DNA of 64,000 bases from a candidate division FCPU426 bacterium (GCA_963771075.1 CAVYSE010000014.1:1-64000); one strand, 5' to 3'. Numbered from the stretch's first letter, positions 35,391-45,723 are shown. Notes: generated by a model from the letters alone, not told the origin. Numbers and translations are program-made.

Positions 35391-35493
35391 CTTCCCCCTC
35401 TGAAAGAGGGGGATAAAGGGGGAGTTAGCCTCTGGGTGTTACACAACAAAAGCTAATACCCCCCTAATCCCCCTTTTTCAAAGGGGGGGATAA
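35391..35493. repeat. REPIN-like element (two inverted CCCCC..GGGGG REP hairpins with a spacer)
   Basis: TCCCCCTCTGAAAGAGGGGGATAAAGGGGGAGTTAGC...GCTAATACCCCCCTAATCCCCCTTTTTCAAAGGGGGGGA. Confidence 0.75.
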
Positions 35494-35570
35494 CTTTGCA
35501 AACATAGAATCAGATAAGCACTTACCAAACCTGAGTAAATCGCAGGTGCTTTGTGCATAGGCACGAAATA

Positions 35571-36014
35571 TTACTTTTCTTTTACTACCACCAGGGCGGC
35601 GGCCTGAAGGGCCAAAAGGTAGCTGTTTTTACCGAAACCAACTACCTGCCCCACCGAAACCGGGGAGATGTGGGAGGATTGGCGGAACCCCTCGCGGGCG
35701 TGAATATTGGACAGATGTACCTCGATCGCCGGAAGCTTGACCGCTGAAATCGCGTCCCGGATGGCCACTGAAGTATGGGTATAGGCGGCCGGGTTGATGA
35801 TGATGACATCGGCCCAGGTACGGCCCGTTTGGATGGCGTCCACGATCTCGCCCTCGTGGTTGGATTGGACAATCTTTAACTCAAGCTCCAATCCCTTGGC
35901 TTTTTCAACCATTTCCTTATTGATTTCTTCCAAGGTGAAAGCACCGTAAACCTGGGGTTCACGTTCGCCCAAGAGGTTCAGATTAGGGCCGTGAATGACG
36001 AGAACTTTTCGCAT
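35571..36014 (-). CDS. aroQ: Type II 3-dehydroquinate dehydratase
   Basis: [44 protein letters not shown]. Confidence 0.98.
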   Translation of the reverse strand: MRKVLVIHGPNLNLLGEREPQVYGAFTLEEINKEMVEKAKGLELELKIVQSNHEGEIVDAIQTGRTWADVIIINPAAYTHTSVAIRDAISAVKLPAIEVHLSNIHAREGFRQSSHISPVSVGQVVGFGKNSYLLALQAAALVVVKEK

Positions 36015-36102
36015 GGGATCACCTTTCGTGGAGCGCCGCTTTCGATCGGCTGCCCTTCATGGATTCACTTCGAACTTATTTAAAGACTATAACAAAACCT
36101 AA

Positions 36103-36218
36103 TTTCACCACAGGCCGCCTTTGGCGGTCACAGAGGCACAGAAAAAACCTTTCTTAATTCAAGGAATCTTAAACCAATTGTCCGGGGTTACTCTGTGTCT
36201 CCGTGTCTCTGTGGTAAA
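36103..36218. repeat. REP-like inverted repeat (ACCACAGAG-CACAGA / CTCTGTG-CTCTGTGGT) with a 15-bp hairpin inserted in the left arm
   Basis: Arms at 36103-36142 and 36191-36218 are reverse complements apart from the insert. Confidence 0.65.
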
Positions 36219-36410
36219 TATCGGGTTTTGTTAGAAATTCTTAGTGGATAGATGGGCAAGCCAATTTCTCATCTAAAAACTTATTAAGGGAAAATGGCAG
36301 TGATTATGCTACAAAGAAGCGGACCGGCCCTACAAGGAAAAAGCGCCTCTTAACAACCAACCCGGATTTATACCTTGCCCCCTGAACGAGGGTTATAATT
36401 CCACCATATT

Positions 36411-38549
36411 ATGACCCATCCATTCGAATCTTCCCTGCCCCGCGCCACCCCCCGCTCACGCTCAATGGATTCACCTTGGGTTCCGCTTCTTTGTTTCCTG
36501 GTCATGACCCTATCGAACGCGCTTCTTTCTTATTTCCGCCTTTCCCTTTCCATTGACATCTTGATCCTGTGCTTTGGACTGGTAATCCCCGTTCTTCTCG
36601 CGGCAAACCTCAACCTGAAAGAAGCGAACGAAAAAAACCTATTTTCAATACCGGGCTGGTTCTATATGGCGGCTATTTCGGCTTTTCTTTTCTTCCGTCT
36701 TTACCGCTTAACCAGCCTTTCCACTTGGCCCATCGTGGACGAGGGGGTCTTTGGTTATTTCGCCACCCTTCTTGAACGAAAATGGGATTGGCAGTTGACC
36801 CATGGTTACGCCCAAGAACCCGTCCTCTATACCTGGGGCCAGTTCCTTTTTTTCAAAGTTTTCGGCAACTCCCTCTTTTCCATTTGGCTTTTCCCGGCTA
36901 TTTGTTCGGCGCTGGCCCTTCCCCTGGCCTGGGGCGCGGTCAGCAAAACCAAGGGTTCCTCCCTTGCATTCCTTGTTTTTTGCTTTATGGGTTTGGGTTA
37001 TTGGCCTCTCTACTTGGGCCGCATCTCGGTTCAAAGCGCCTTGATGGTTCCCTGGGAATGGCTTGTCTTTTGGCTTTTAGCCCAAGTGTTCCTAAACCCC
37101 AAGCCCCATTCCTTGCTTCCGATCCTTTTACTATCCATCTTCACCGCCCTTGGGTTTTATATCTACCTCGCCTGGCCACTGGTGGCTTTCATGGTCTTCG
37201 TCGCCTTGTTGTTTCAAACCGGGGCGGAAAAGATACAACGTTCCCGAAATCTCACCCTATTCATTCTCGTTCAATTGGTCCTGGTGTCTACCCTGGCCCT
37301 GGTTTACTGGAATGGCCACGCCGACTACTTCGCCCATCTTTGGTTTCCGTCCAGCCAAGTTGGCTGGTTGGAAAAATTAGGCCTGCCTTGGGCTTACCTC
37401 AAATCCATATTTTGGGGACAGGATGCCTCTAACTTTTCCCATGGGCCCCTCTGGGGAGGACTTTTAAACCCCTTGATGACAACCTGTTTCATATGGGGCT
37501 TAATCGGATTATTGGGCTCCCAACTCAAGCCCTTGCAATCTTGGGTCCTTTTGTCTCTTTTCATTTTCTTTCTTCCCGCCTTCCTCACCAATAATTTCGA
37601 GTTGACCCGATTGGCCCCGCTCCTGCCTCTCCTAGTCCTCGTTTGCGCGCAAGGAGCTTCAATTCTCCTGGGCTTGATTCCAAAGGGAACCCGAGTGTGG
37701 GTATTACTCGTTTTTTTAAGCTGCTCATGCTCGGTGGACGCGCACCACTTGTTCCAGATCTATCCCCCTTATTGGGCAGAACATCCTGCTTATTATGGGG
37801 ACCAAAAAACGCCTGAATTTTACCGGGCCTACAACCTCTTGAAACCTATTTCCAACCTAAAGGGTCCCGGTTGGATACTTTTAAATTTCAATCCCGATCC
37901 TTATGACCAAACGCTTTTCGTGACATCTTTCCAATTCAACTCGGCGGAAAACCCAGGTTTGGATCCCTCCCGGTCCCAATGGGCCGCAATCCTAACGAAT
38001 ATTCACGAACAACCTTCCCTCAAGCGAATGTTTCCCGAGGGCCAATGGACTTGGCTTTCCCAAGGGCTCAATCGGTCCGATGGCGGCTTCATGCTGGAAA
38101 CCCTGCCCCTGACTTCCTCCAACCGCGCGATCCTGAATCGCTGGAAGATAGCAAACCAAGGTTTCAGCGAACTGACCTATTCCATGATGGACAGGGGTGT
38201 GGTATCGGACCAAAACCCTTTACTTCATCTCATGGACAAGGTTTATCCCATTTTCCAAGGGGATCCACTCTTGGAATCACGTTATTGGCGCATAAGAGCT
38301 CTCCATCACCTGGCAGGGGGAAATTGGGCGGCCGCCACGGAAGACTACCAAGAGGCCTTGGCGAAAGGCGTGCCCCAAGCCCAACTTTACGACGAATTGG
38401 GAAAGCTTGAATGGAAAGCGGGAAACAAGGATGAGGCGGAAAAGAATTTCAAGGCCGCCGTGGCTTGTCGGCTCAATTTGACCGACGCCCAGGAAAGCCT
38501 AAATGTTCTTGAATCCCGGAAAGAAACTGCCGCCGGGAAAACTCAATGA
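36411..38549 (+). CDS. ArnT/PMT-like (GT-C) membrane glycosyltransferase with C-terminal TPR
   Basis: FRLYRL..WPIVDEG acidic loop after a TM helix, EPVLYTW, many TM helices, terminal TPR (AQLYDELGKL..EAEKNFKAA). Confidence 0.8.
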   Translation: MTHPFESSLPRATPRSRSMDSPWVPLLCFLVMTLSNALLSYFRLSLSIDILILCFGLVIPVLLAANLNLKEANEKNLFSIPGWFYMAAISAFLFFRLYRLTSLSTWPIVDEGVFGYFATLLERKWDWQLTHGYAQEPVLYTWGQFLFFKVFGNSLFSIWLFPAICSALALPLAWGAVSKTKGSSLAFLVFCFMGLGYWPLYLGRISVQSALMVPWEWLVFWLLAQVFLNPKPHSLLPILLLSIFTALGFYIYLAWPLVAFMVFVALLFQTGAEKIQRSRNLTLFILVQLVLVSTLALVYWNGHADYFAHLWFPSSQVGWLEKLGLPWAYLKSIFWGQDASNFSHGPLWGGLLNPLMTTCFIWGLIGLLGSQLKPLQSWVLLSLFIFFLPAFLTNNFELTRLAPLLPLLVLVCAQGASILLGLIPKGTRVWVLLVFLSCSCSVDAHHLFQIYPPYWAEHPAYYGDQKTPEFYRAYNLLKPISNLKGPGWILLNFNPDPYDQTLFVTSFQFNSAENPGLDPSRSQWAAILTNIHEQPSLKRMFPEGQWTWLSQGLNRSDGGFMLETLPLTSSNRAILNRWKIANQGFSELTYSMMDRGVVSDQNPLLHLMDKVYPIFQGDPLLESRYWRIRALHHLAGGNWAAATEDYQEALAKGVPQAQLYDELGKLEWKAGNKDEAEKNFKAAVACRLNLTDAQESLNVLESRKETAAGKTQ

Positions 38550-38562
38550 TTTTCCGAAATAA

Positions 38563-40581
38563 TTAATTAGACCCCGGCGCGGGAAGGGATGGCATCCCGG
38601 AGGAAGGCGCCGGTTTTTGATTGTCGTATTGATCCAACCAAGCCTTGAGAGTCGTATCCGCGGGATTGTATTTGACGGCCTTGCGGTAAGCCAAGATGGC
38701 CTTGTCTTTATCGCCCAGGCTCAAGTAGCAGTCACCCGCCAATCGGTAAGCCTGCGCGTACCGCTCGTCCGCTTCGGTGGCCGTCAAGAACCGGCTCAGG
38801 GCCTCTTTAAAATTCTTTTGGTTGTAGAAGGGCATGCCCTCCGCAACCATCTCGGGCGCGGTTTCGACCTTGACCCCCGTTACGATCAGCTCCACCCGGC
38901 GGTTTTTCGCCCTACCCTCAGGGGTATCGTTCGTGGCCACGGGCTTGGTTTCCCCATACCCCACCGTCGAGAGATGGGAAGCGTCCATGCCCCGTGTGAC
39001 CAGGTAATTCTTGACCGCGTTCGCGCGGGCCAGGGACAGGACATCGTTCGAGGCGAATTTGGCCCCGGCGGCCAGGTGCTGGTTGTCGGTATGCCCGGCG
39101 ATGGTGATCTGGCAATCCTCATACTTTTGGCGGATGCTCTGGACCGTTTGTTCGAGGATGGAATAACCCCTCTGTTGGAGCACATCCTGACCGGAGTCGA
39201 ATAAGAGGTCGCCCGCCACCTGGAAACTGTATTGATAAGGAACTTTCTTGGGCACCCAACGGGCCAAGATGGGTTTCGGTTGGGCTTCCGTGGTGTTGCC
39301 CTCGGTATCGGACAATTGCAGATGAACCGTATATTGCCCATGGGGAACCAATTCCCCGGCTTGGTTGGTCCCATCCCAAATAAACTCGGGAGGGGGCGTG
39401 CCGTTTCCAATCAGGGACCTTACCAGCATGCCGTCCGAATCCAAAATGGCGATGCGCCATTTATCCAGCGGCTCCTCGCTTCGGGTGGTCATTCGGGAAG
39501 TCGCGGACTGCTCGCCCAGGACGAATGAGGAGGTGGCCGTGATATCGGCCGTCAAAAGCACGGGCGCTTTGCCGATGATCAGGTTGACCGAGATGCGGTG
39601 CGTATCCCCCAAGATGCCGTAAGGCACGAAGGCGTAATCCACATCCGCCTCCACGTCGTCAAACTGGTGGGCAATACCCGCGCCCAGGTCCGGTCCCGTG
39701 TCGGTGCCATCCTGGCTTCCTGTCCGGTAACCCGCACGGATGAAAACATCATTGCTCCCGAACCTCATCCGGTATTCGTCTCCCAGGCTGATCCGGGCCC
39801 CGGTATCGTCGTTGACGTTAAAATCGGAGGCAATGATCATCCTGTCTTTCTTCAAAAAGAGGCTTTTCAGCCAATAGGACCCGGCCACCTTGAAGATGAC
39901 GGGCTGGGCGAAGTCTTGCAGGTTGGTGCCGACGTTATAAATCACCACACCCACGTAACAGGTCTTGGCTTTCGCCTCGTAAAGGAGGCCCATGTTGAAG
40001 TTCGCGCCCGCCGTGCTGATATTCACCAGGCTTTGGCCCACCACCGACCCCTCCAACCCGACCATCAAGTGGTCAAAGAAACCTCCCCCCGGGATCCAAT
40101 TTCCAAGCTTTTGGGCGTAGGCAATGCTCCCCTCATATTCATAGGCGCTGATGGAAGGTCCTACCCCGCCATAATCCCCGTTGGCTGTTTCCAGGGCCCC
40201 GTCAAAGCTTCCGGTTCCCAGGTAATTGAGGCTTCCGCCAATGGCGCCATCGGTGTCGAGATTTTGGGTAAAGGCGAAATACTCGCTGTCCACGCCCTGC
40301 AACCAAACGCCATGTGTCAGGTTGAATTCGGTGCCGCGGGCCCGAATGAGCCCGGCGGGATTCCAATAGAGAGCCGTGGGATCGTCGGCTACGGCCGTGA
40401 AGGATTCACCCATCCCGACCGCACGGGCGCCCATGGGAATCTTTTGGAAATTGGTGCTGGTGGAGCCAGCTCCCGTGGTTTGAGCCGTAAGTAATGAGGG
40501 AATAGGACTCAGAACGAGGATTAAAAGAAAAATGCGGCTTAAAAAAGGCTTCATACCTTGGGGAAAAATTTCTAAAGTCAC
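38563..40581 (-). CDS. PorV/PorQ (FadL-like) beta-barrel fused to FlgD-Ig, OmpA-like peptidoglycan-binding and TPR domains; likely start ATG 40554
   Basis: GARAVGMGESFTAVADDPTALYWNPAGL; DYAFVPYGILGDTHRIS; WDGTNQAGELVPHGQY; LFDSG..GHTDN..LSLARA..GYGETKP..NRRVE; TPR. Confidence 0.88.
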   Translation of the reverse strand: MTLEIFPQGMKPFLSRIFLLILVLSPIPSLLTAQTTGAGSTSTNFQKIPMGARAVGMGESFTAVADDPTALYWNPAGLIRARGTEFNLTHGVWLQGVDSEYFAFTQNLDTDGAIGGSLNYLGTGSFDGALETANGDYGGVGPSISAYEYEGSIAYAQKLGNWIPGGGFFDHLMVGLEGSVVGQSLVNISTAGANFNMGLLYEAKAKTCYVGVVIYNVGTNLQDFAQPVIFKVAGSYWLKSLFLKKDRMIIASDFNVNDDTGARISLGDEYRMRFGSNDVFIRAGYRTGSQDGTDTGPDLGAGIAHQFDDVEADVDYAFVPYGILGDTHRISVNLIIGKAPVLLTADITATSSFVLGEQSATSRMTTRSEEPLDKWRIAILDSDGMLVRSLIGNGTPPPEFIWDGTNQAGELVPHGQYTVHLQLSDTEGNTTEAQPKPILARWVPKKVPYQYSFQVAGDLLFDSGQDVLQQRGYSILEQTVQSIRQKYEDCQITIAGHTDNQHLAAGAKFASNDVLSLARANAVKNYLVTRGMDASHLSTVGYGETKPVATNDTPEGRAKNRRVELIVTGVKVETAPEMVAEGMPFYNQKNFKEALSRFLTATEADERYAQAYRLAGDCYLSLGDKDKAILAYRKAVKYNPADTTLKAWLDQYDNQKPAPSSGMPSLPAPGSN

Positions 40582-40608
40582 TTTAAATATCCTTTAGCGC
40601 CCATTCCA

Positions 40609-43600
40609 TTAATTTCGGATGACTAAAAGCGCGCCACTCAGTAATGTCGTATCCCCTTTACTGACCACATAATAATAAATGCCCCCGGAGACAATGGCAC
40701 CATATTTATTTTGCCCGTACCATTGGATCAAACCGTTATTGTCCGCCGGCACGGCCACAACAAGCTCTCCGGACACGGTGTAAATCGATAAATCCGCCCC
40801 CAGAGGGGTTTGGTAAACCTTGAGGGTCCCGGCATGAGCGTACTTTGGATTAAAAGGATTGGGCCACAAGTGCAACCCAACGGGGGTGGAGGTGGGAGTA
40901 AATGTGTTCGTGGGGGTGTAAGTAATTGTAGGAGTATTAGTTGCCGAAAGGGTGAACGTGACAGTAGGGGTGTGAGTAGGTGTTGGGCTAGTCGTGGGTG
41001 TCAAGCTGTAGGTAGGCGTGAAAGTCATGGTGCGGGTTGGCGCTGGTGTTGGAGTGGCGCAAGTCAACCCACAAGGCGCGAATTTTTGTACTGTATTCAG
41101 AGAAGCATCGCTTGCATACATGTTTCCGGTACTGTCAAAAGCCACTCGCTGTAGTTCTTCGAACTGCCCATTGCCGTTACCCGTGCCTCCAATCGAACCC
41201 TGGTAAACTCCGTTTGAATCAAAAACCTGAATCGTATTCAGTGTCTGGTCCGAAACGTAAACCCATCCACAAGGTCCCACAGCCACTCCATCGGGATTCT
41301 CGAATTGTCCTGGCCCGCCCCCTTGAGTTCCCCATTGGGTCAGGTAAGTGCCGCTAGGGCTTAATTTTTGAATCCGGTGGTTGCCTAAATCAGCAACGTA
41401 AACATTTCCCGCGCCATCCACAGCAACTTGAGCTGGATCGCTGAACTGTCCGTTCCCGGTTCCGGAACCAGTCCCACCCCAAGTGGCCAACCAAGTCCCG
41501 CTGGAATTAAACACCTGGATCCGGTTGTTAAAGGTATCCGCCGCATAAATGTTTCCTTGCGAATCCAACGCGAGCCCTTCCGGCTTGTTGAATTGGCCGT
41601 TACTGACACCGGAAGTCCCGAAAGTCAGAACCGTATTCCCTGATGAATTCAACACGACCACCCGGTTATTGAGTTGATCAGCCACATAAATATTTCCGTT
41701 TGAATCCACAGCCACATCGTTAGGAGCATCAAACTGACCCGCTCCCGCCCCGGCGGCAAGTCCGCCCCAGGTGGCCAACCAGTTTCCTAGTAAATCGAAT
41801 TTCTGTAGTCGGTTGTTCGTATAATCCGAAACATAGACCCAACTATTGATCGAATCCACCGCTATACCGACCAAATGTTGGAACTGGCCGTTGTTCGTTC
41901 CAGGGCCTCCCCATTGTCCGGAATAACAAAACAGGGGAGTAGGTGTAAGCGTGGGTGTAATGGTCGATGTTTGGGTGGAGGTACTCGTGGCCGTGGGGGA
42001 AGCCGTCTGGGTCGGGGTATTGGTGGGGCCGCAAGGTCCGCTAATGCTCAACGTGACCTGATTAGAAGTAGTCACCGGAATAGAAGGCGAACCCATTGAG
42101 AACTGGTTCACAACTGGACCCGGGCAGGAAACGGTCCCCCACCATTGGATGGGCGTGTCAAATGAAAACATCGTGGCCGCGAACGCGGGCGGAACACTCG
42201 AGGAACTCCAAACAAGGGTTTGGGGACTGGAACCGGCGACGGTATCTGTCAAATTCGATCCCACATAACTGACATATTGCGGGACCACATCGGTCACGGC
42301 AGCATCGACCACCGGGCCGGGACCGAAGATCTTCAAATTCGAATACCAATCCGTTCCAGCTGTTTCGTCGGCCTGCCAGCCAGCCCTCCAACCACCCGAA
42401 CAAGTTGGCATTACAAAACCCGGATCAACAGCCGGACTATCATAGAAGGTGACCGTATTCACGCTAGCCGGACTGTTTTTAGGCCAAAGAGAAACTATAA
42501 ATGAGACTGCGCTGGCCCCGGGAGAAAACACAACTTGGGTTTTCATCGTATACCAGCCACCCTGGGTTACAGGAAACGTGAGGCTGTTGTCCGAGATGCT
42601 AGGCCAATACCCGTTTTTATAATCATTATTAAATTGAACAAATAATTTTCCAGGGTCGGTGTCGAGTGAAATTCCGCCTTTAAAAGTAATTCCCTGGGCT
42701 GGGTTGGAGGCCATGATCATATGGGCATCCGCACCAGTACAAGTGTTTGATGATGGTATTTGTAAGTCACCTTCGACCGTCACATCACTGCAGATATCAA
42801 AACCCGGGGCATTGCGAATAAGAACCGGATAATGGCCTACACCCCCGTTGCAAACGGTTAGGTTAGTGGATGCCATGATGTAATGATTTCCAAGACTGTC
42901 AGACCCTATGGTCCAAGACCCAAAATCGGAAGGCACAATACCCGATCCAGTAACATAATCCGTCCCATCGAACCCCCAAGCGACCGTAGTTGGGCCAGAG
43001 GCAAACGGGACATTGGTTCCCGAGGAAATATAATCGTAGGTGTCATACAACTGGAGATTTTGTCCGGAAGCCGTCCAATCGAGAACATAAGTCACCGCAC
43101 TCCCAGAAGCTAACGAGGAGGCGGATTCGCTCTTTAGGAGAGTTAATTGCGGAACTTGTACCGTCAAGGTGACCGGATTGGAAACTTGCGAACCACTCTC
43201 ATTGGTACTTCCAGTCGCCGTATTGATGACGGCGGTACCATTTACGGTTCCAGTATTGACCGAAGCCAAAACCCAAACGGTTCCACTTATAGGTGTTGAA
43301 ACAGAGCCGAAATTCCAAGTCACCAGATTACCCACGGCAGTGGTGCCGAGAGGACTATTGCTGGCCCCTTCGTAGGTTAGATTGGGGGGTAATTGATCAG
43401 TGAGAGTGCAATTGGTACTGTTGACAAAATAATATTGAATGTCAAAAAGCGCGAGTCCATCGGGTGCTGCGGTCAAGGTTTCAATCGACTTCGATACGGT
43501 GAAACTAGGTGGAGGCAGAGGTACCGTAAAGGTAATGGAAGCCTGGGAAAAACTTAGCCCACAAGTTACGTAATCTTCTCTTGCGATTACAACCAAACTA

Positions 43601-44100
43601 TAGGTGCCAGGACTGAGGTAATTGCCATCGATATAAATATTCCATACCGCAGTGACTGCATCCGTCGGACAGGCAGGCGTGCCATTATTCGAATAGGTTG
43701 GATAAATGGGCGGGCCTTTAACCCCTTGTGGGCTTCCACTCCCCAAATCATAGGTACCGGGACCTGTCGCGATTCCCCCGGAAACCGTAATGGCAGAATC
43801 CACGACGAAATATTGATTGGGGGTCGTATTACAACTCGTTATATTGGTTTGCGTGCCCCCAATAATTGCGGCCATTAATTCGACCCTATTGGAAGCCCAA
43901 GTTGTATCATCGCAAAAAGTCACTGTTACTGACATGCTGGTTCCCGGAGAGGGATTCGAATTTGAGATTCCTAAGATGGCGAGATCTTGGGGGTCTGCCC
44001 AAACCTTTTGGTTGAACGAAAATATCACAAGAACCATAAAGAAAAGCGGATAAGAGGAAATGGATTTTATTGATTTATAGGCTAAAAGGGGCATGCCCAA
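40609..44100 (-). CDS. Secreted DUF11/ConA-like + NHL six-bladed propeller protein with short Thr-X linkers and CTD tail
   Basis: Six GQF..P.GVAVD..GN.YV.D..N.RIQ.F repeats. Tail LWPNPFNP..IYTVSGELV..GIYYYV..LLVIRN. Confidence 0.85.
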   Translation of the reverse strand: MGMPLLAYKSIKSISSYPLFFMVLVIFSFNQKVWADPQDLAILGISNSNPSPGTSMSVTVTFCDDTTWASNRVELMAAIIGGTQTNITSCNTTPNQYFVVDSAITVSGGIATGPGTYDLGSGSPQGVKGPPIYPTYSNNGTPACPTDAVTAVWNIYIDGNYLSPGTYSLVVIAREDYVTCGLSFSQASITFTVPLPPPSFTVSKSIETLTAAPDGLALFDIQYYFVNSTNCTLTDQLPPNLTYEGASNSPLGTTAVGNLVTWNFGSVSTPISGTVWVLASVNTGTVNGTAVINTATGSTNESGSQVSNPVTLTVQVPQLTLLKSESASSLASGSAVTYVLDWTASGQNLQLYDTYDYISSGTNVPFASGPTTVAWGFDGTDYVTGSGIVPSDFGSWTIGSDSLGNHYIMASTNLTVCNGGVGHYPVLIRNAPGFDICSDVTVEGDLQIPSSNTCTGADAHMIMASNPAQGITFKGGISLDTDPGKLFVQFNNDYKNGYWPSISDNSLTFPVTQGGWYTMKTQVVFSPGASAVSFIVSLWPKNSPASVNTVTFYDSPAVDPGFVMPTCSGGWRAGWQADETAGTDWYSNLKIFGPGPVVDAAVTDVVPQYVSYVGSNLTDTVAGSSPQTLVWSSSSVPPAFAATMFSFDTPIQWWGTVSCPGPVVNQFSMGSPSIPVTTSNQVTLSISGPCGPTNTPTQTASPTATSTSTQTSTITPTLTPTPLFCYSGQWGGPGTNNGQFQHLVGIAVDSINSWVYVSDYTNNRLQKFDLLGNWLATWGGLAAGAGAGQFDAPNDVAVDSNGNIYVADQLNNRVVVLNSSGNTVLTFGTSGVSNGQFNKPEGLALDSQGNIYAADTFNNRIQVFNSSGTWLATWGGTGSGTGNGQFSDPAQVAVDGAGNVYVADLGNHRIQKLSPSGTYLTQWGTQGGGPGQFENPDGVAVGPCGWVYVSDQTLNTIQVFDSNGVYQGSIGGTGNGNGQFEELQRVAFDSTGNMYASDASLNTVQKFAPCGLTCATPTPAPTRTMTFTPTYSLTPTTSPTPTHTPTVTFTLSATNTPTITYTPTNTFTPTSTPVGLHLWPNPFNPKYAHAGTLKVYQTPLGADLSIYTVSGELVVAVPADNNGLIQWYGQNKYGAIVSGGIYYYVVSKGDTTLLSGALLVIRN

Positions 44101-44245
44101 CCTGTTTAAAATCGATTTACTTTAGGGTTAAAGCAAAAAGCATAAGCAAATTCTAACATGATTTTACGAAAAGTTTACGAAAGCATGGATTTTTTATCAG
44201 GCAAAAGTCATTAGAAATAAACGCTTTCAAGAAAACCAGATTGTC

Positions 44246-45622
44246 TCAATGACTCGATGAGACCAGGAACTTTCCCGCCTGGAGAACCTGGTTAGCGGAT
44301 TGAACAGTATAGAAATAGATACCGCTAGAGACGGGTAATCCAAATCGGTTCCTTCCATTCCACTGGGCCAACCCTCCTATTTCGTTAACTCGCTGGACCA
44401 ATTCCCCCGAAACGGTATAGATCGAAACCTGCCCACCTTGAGGTATACAGCTGATTTTGAGGGTTCCGTTATAGGCAAAAACGGGGTTATAGGGGTCGGG
44501 CCAGAGGTTGATCACGCAGGTGGGGGTGGGTGACAAGGTCCAAGTGGGGGATAGGGTGACGGTAAAGGTTTGGGTCGGGGTGTAGGTTTGGGTAGGTGTA
44601 TAGGTTTGGGTGATCGTGGGGGTTTGAGTGGGTGTGCAGGTATCTCCCGGCCAACCACAAGGCGTGGGAGTATAAGTGATGGTGGGTGTTACCGTGGGGG
44701 TACAGGTAAGGCCTCCCCCGCTAAAACATGGAACGGGGGTAACGTTGGATACCGATCCCGAGCTATTCCAGGCCACTTTATCAATGTATCCATAGCAAAA
44801 ATGCCCGCCCCCGTCGCAATCATAAGCCGTATAGTTGATTGTGACTTGCTGTCCGACATAAGCGCTTAAATCATAGGCGAATTGAGTCCAGGGCATATGG
44901 GCATAGGTTATGGGGTAATTACTTGTCTCGGAATATTCTATGACCGTACCGTCATAAATCAAAGTTACGGGATATATGGGTGGGTTAAGGGGAGGAACAT
45001 TGAGCCCGGTCACATTAGGAGGGGGAAAATCCTCATACCAACTAAATGGCTGGGAATAAACAGTTTGGCCTCCCACCTGGATATTGAATTGAACATAAGC
45101 ATCGTATGAAACATCCGGCGAAAGAATAGTTACGCTATACATATAATGGAAACCTTCAATAACCGCCGCGAGATTAACGGTTAAAACTGGTTGGGCGATA
45201 GGAACAGTGTCGGATTGAGAGATGCTAGCCCAATCACCATGATTTATATCCCACCATCCCGAATAAACCTGGGCCGAATAACCTCCTGCATCGACCTCGT
45301 TAAGGCAAATGGTCGCCGGGGACTGGCATAAGCTTGGGTTTCCGAATGAAGTCCCAACGGTATCCGACGCAGCTCCCGGCTGGACGACATTAATAGAAGG
45401 CGGAGATATGCACGAGACACAGTTGGATGCGGTCGTCCAACCCGCTGTATTCCCAGTCTCAAAACCCGCGTTCGTCCAAGCCCACAGGCTCCCGGGCAAG
45501 GCCAACATGAGAAACAATATCCATCCCACCAGCGGGCGAGGCCGGAAAGGCCCAGGCAGGATAGTGAAACAAACCATTGGGAGATTTTCCCTTTTAAGCG
45601 GGGACGGTTTCATTGGCGTCAT
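44246..45622 (-). CDS. Secreted protein (jelly-roll/CBM-like head, short Thr-X linker, CTD tail)
   Basis: Signal ending SLWA; NAGFETGNTAGW; DLSAYVGQQVTI..YGYID; tail LWPDPYNP..IYTVSGELV..SSGIYFY. Confidence 0.8.
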   Translation of the reverse strand: MTPMKPSPLKRENLPMVCFTILPGPFRPRPLVGWILFLMLALPGSLWAWTNAGFETGNTAGWTTASNCVSCISPPSINVVQPGAASDTVGTSFGNPSLCQSPATICLNEVDAGGYSAQVYSGWWDINHGDWASISQSDTVPIAQPVLTVNLAAVIEGFHYMYSVTILSPDVSYDAYVQFNIQVGGQTVYSQPFSWYEDFPPPNVTGLNVPPLNPPIYPVTLIYDGTVIEYSETSNYPITYAHMPWTQFAYDLSAYVGQQVTINYTAYDCDGGGHFCYGYIDKVAWNSSGSVSNVTPVPCFSGGGLTCTPTVTPTITYTPTPCGWPGDTCTPTQTPTITQTYTPTQTYTPTQTFTVTLSPTWTLSPTPTCVINLWPDPYNPVFAYNGTLKISCIPQGGQVSIYTVSGELVQRVNEIGGLAQWNGRNRFGLPVSSGIYFYTVQSANQVLQAGKFLVSSSH

Positions 45623-45679
45623 ATAAATTTCAAGGATTATAACGCAGAGACGTTGGTTAAATGACCTTCCCCCAAAAAC

Positions 45680-45711
45680 AAAAAAGCCCCGTCCTTTCGG
45701 GCGGGGCTTTT
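45680..45711 (-). terminator. Rho-independent terminator after glnA (possibly bidirectional)
   Basis: AAAAAAGCCCCGTCC-TTTC-GGGCGGGGCTTTT. Confidence 0.9.
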
Positions 45712-45723
45712 GGACCTAAAACC

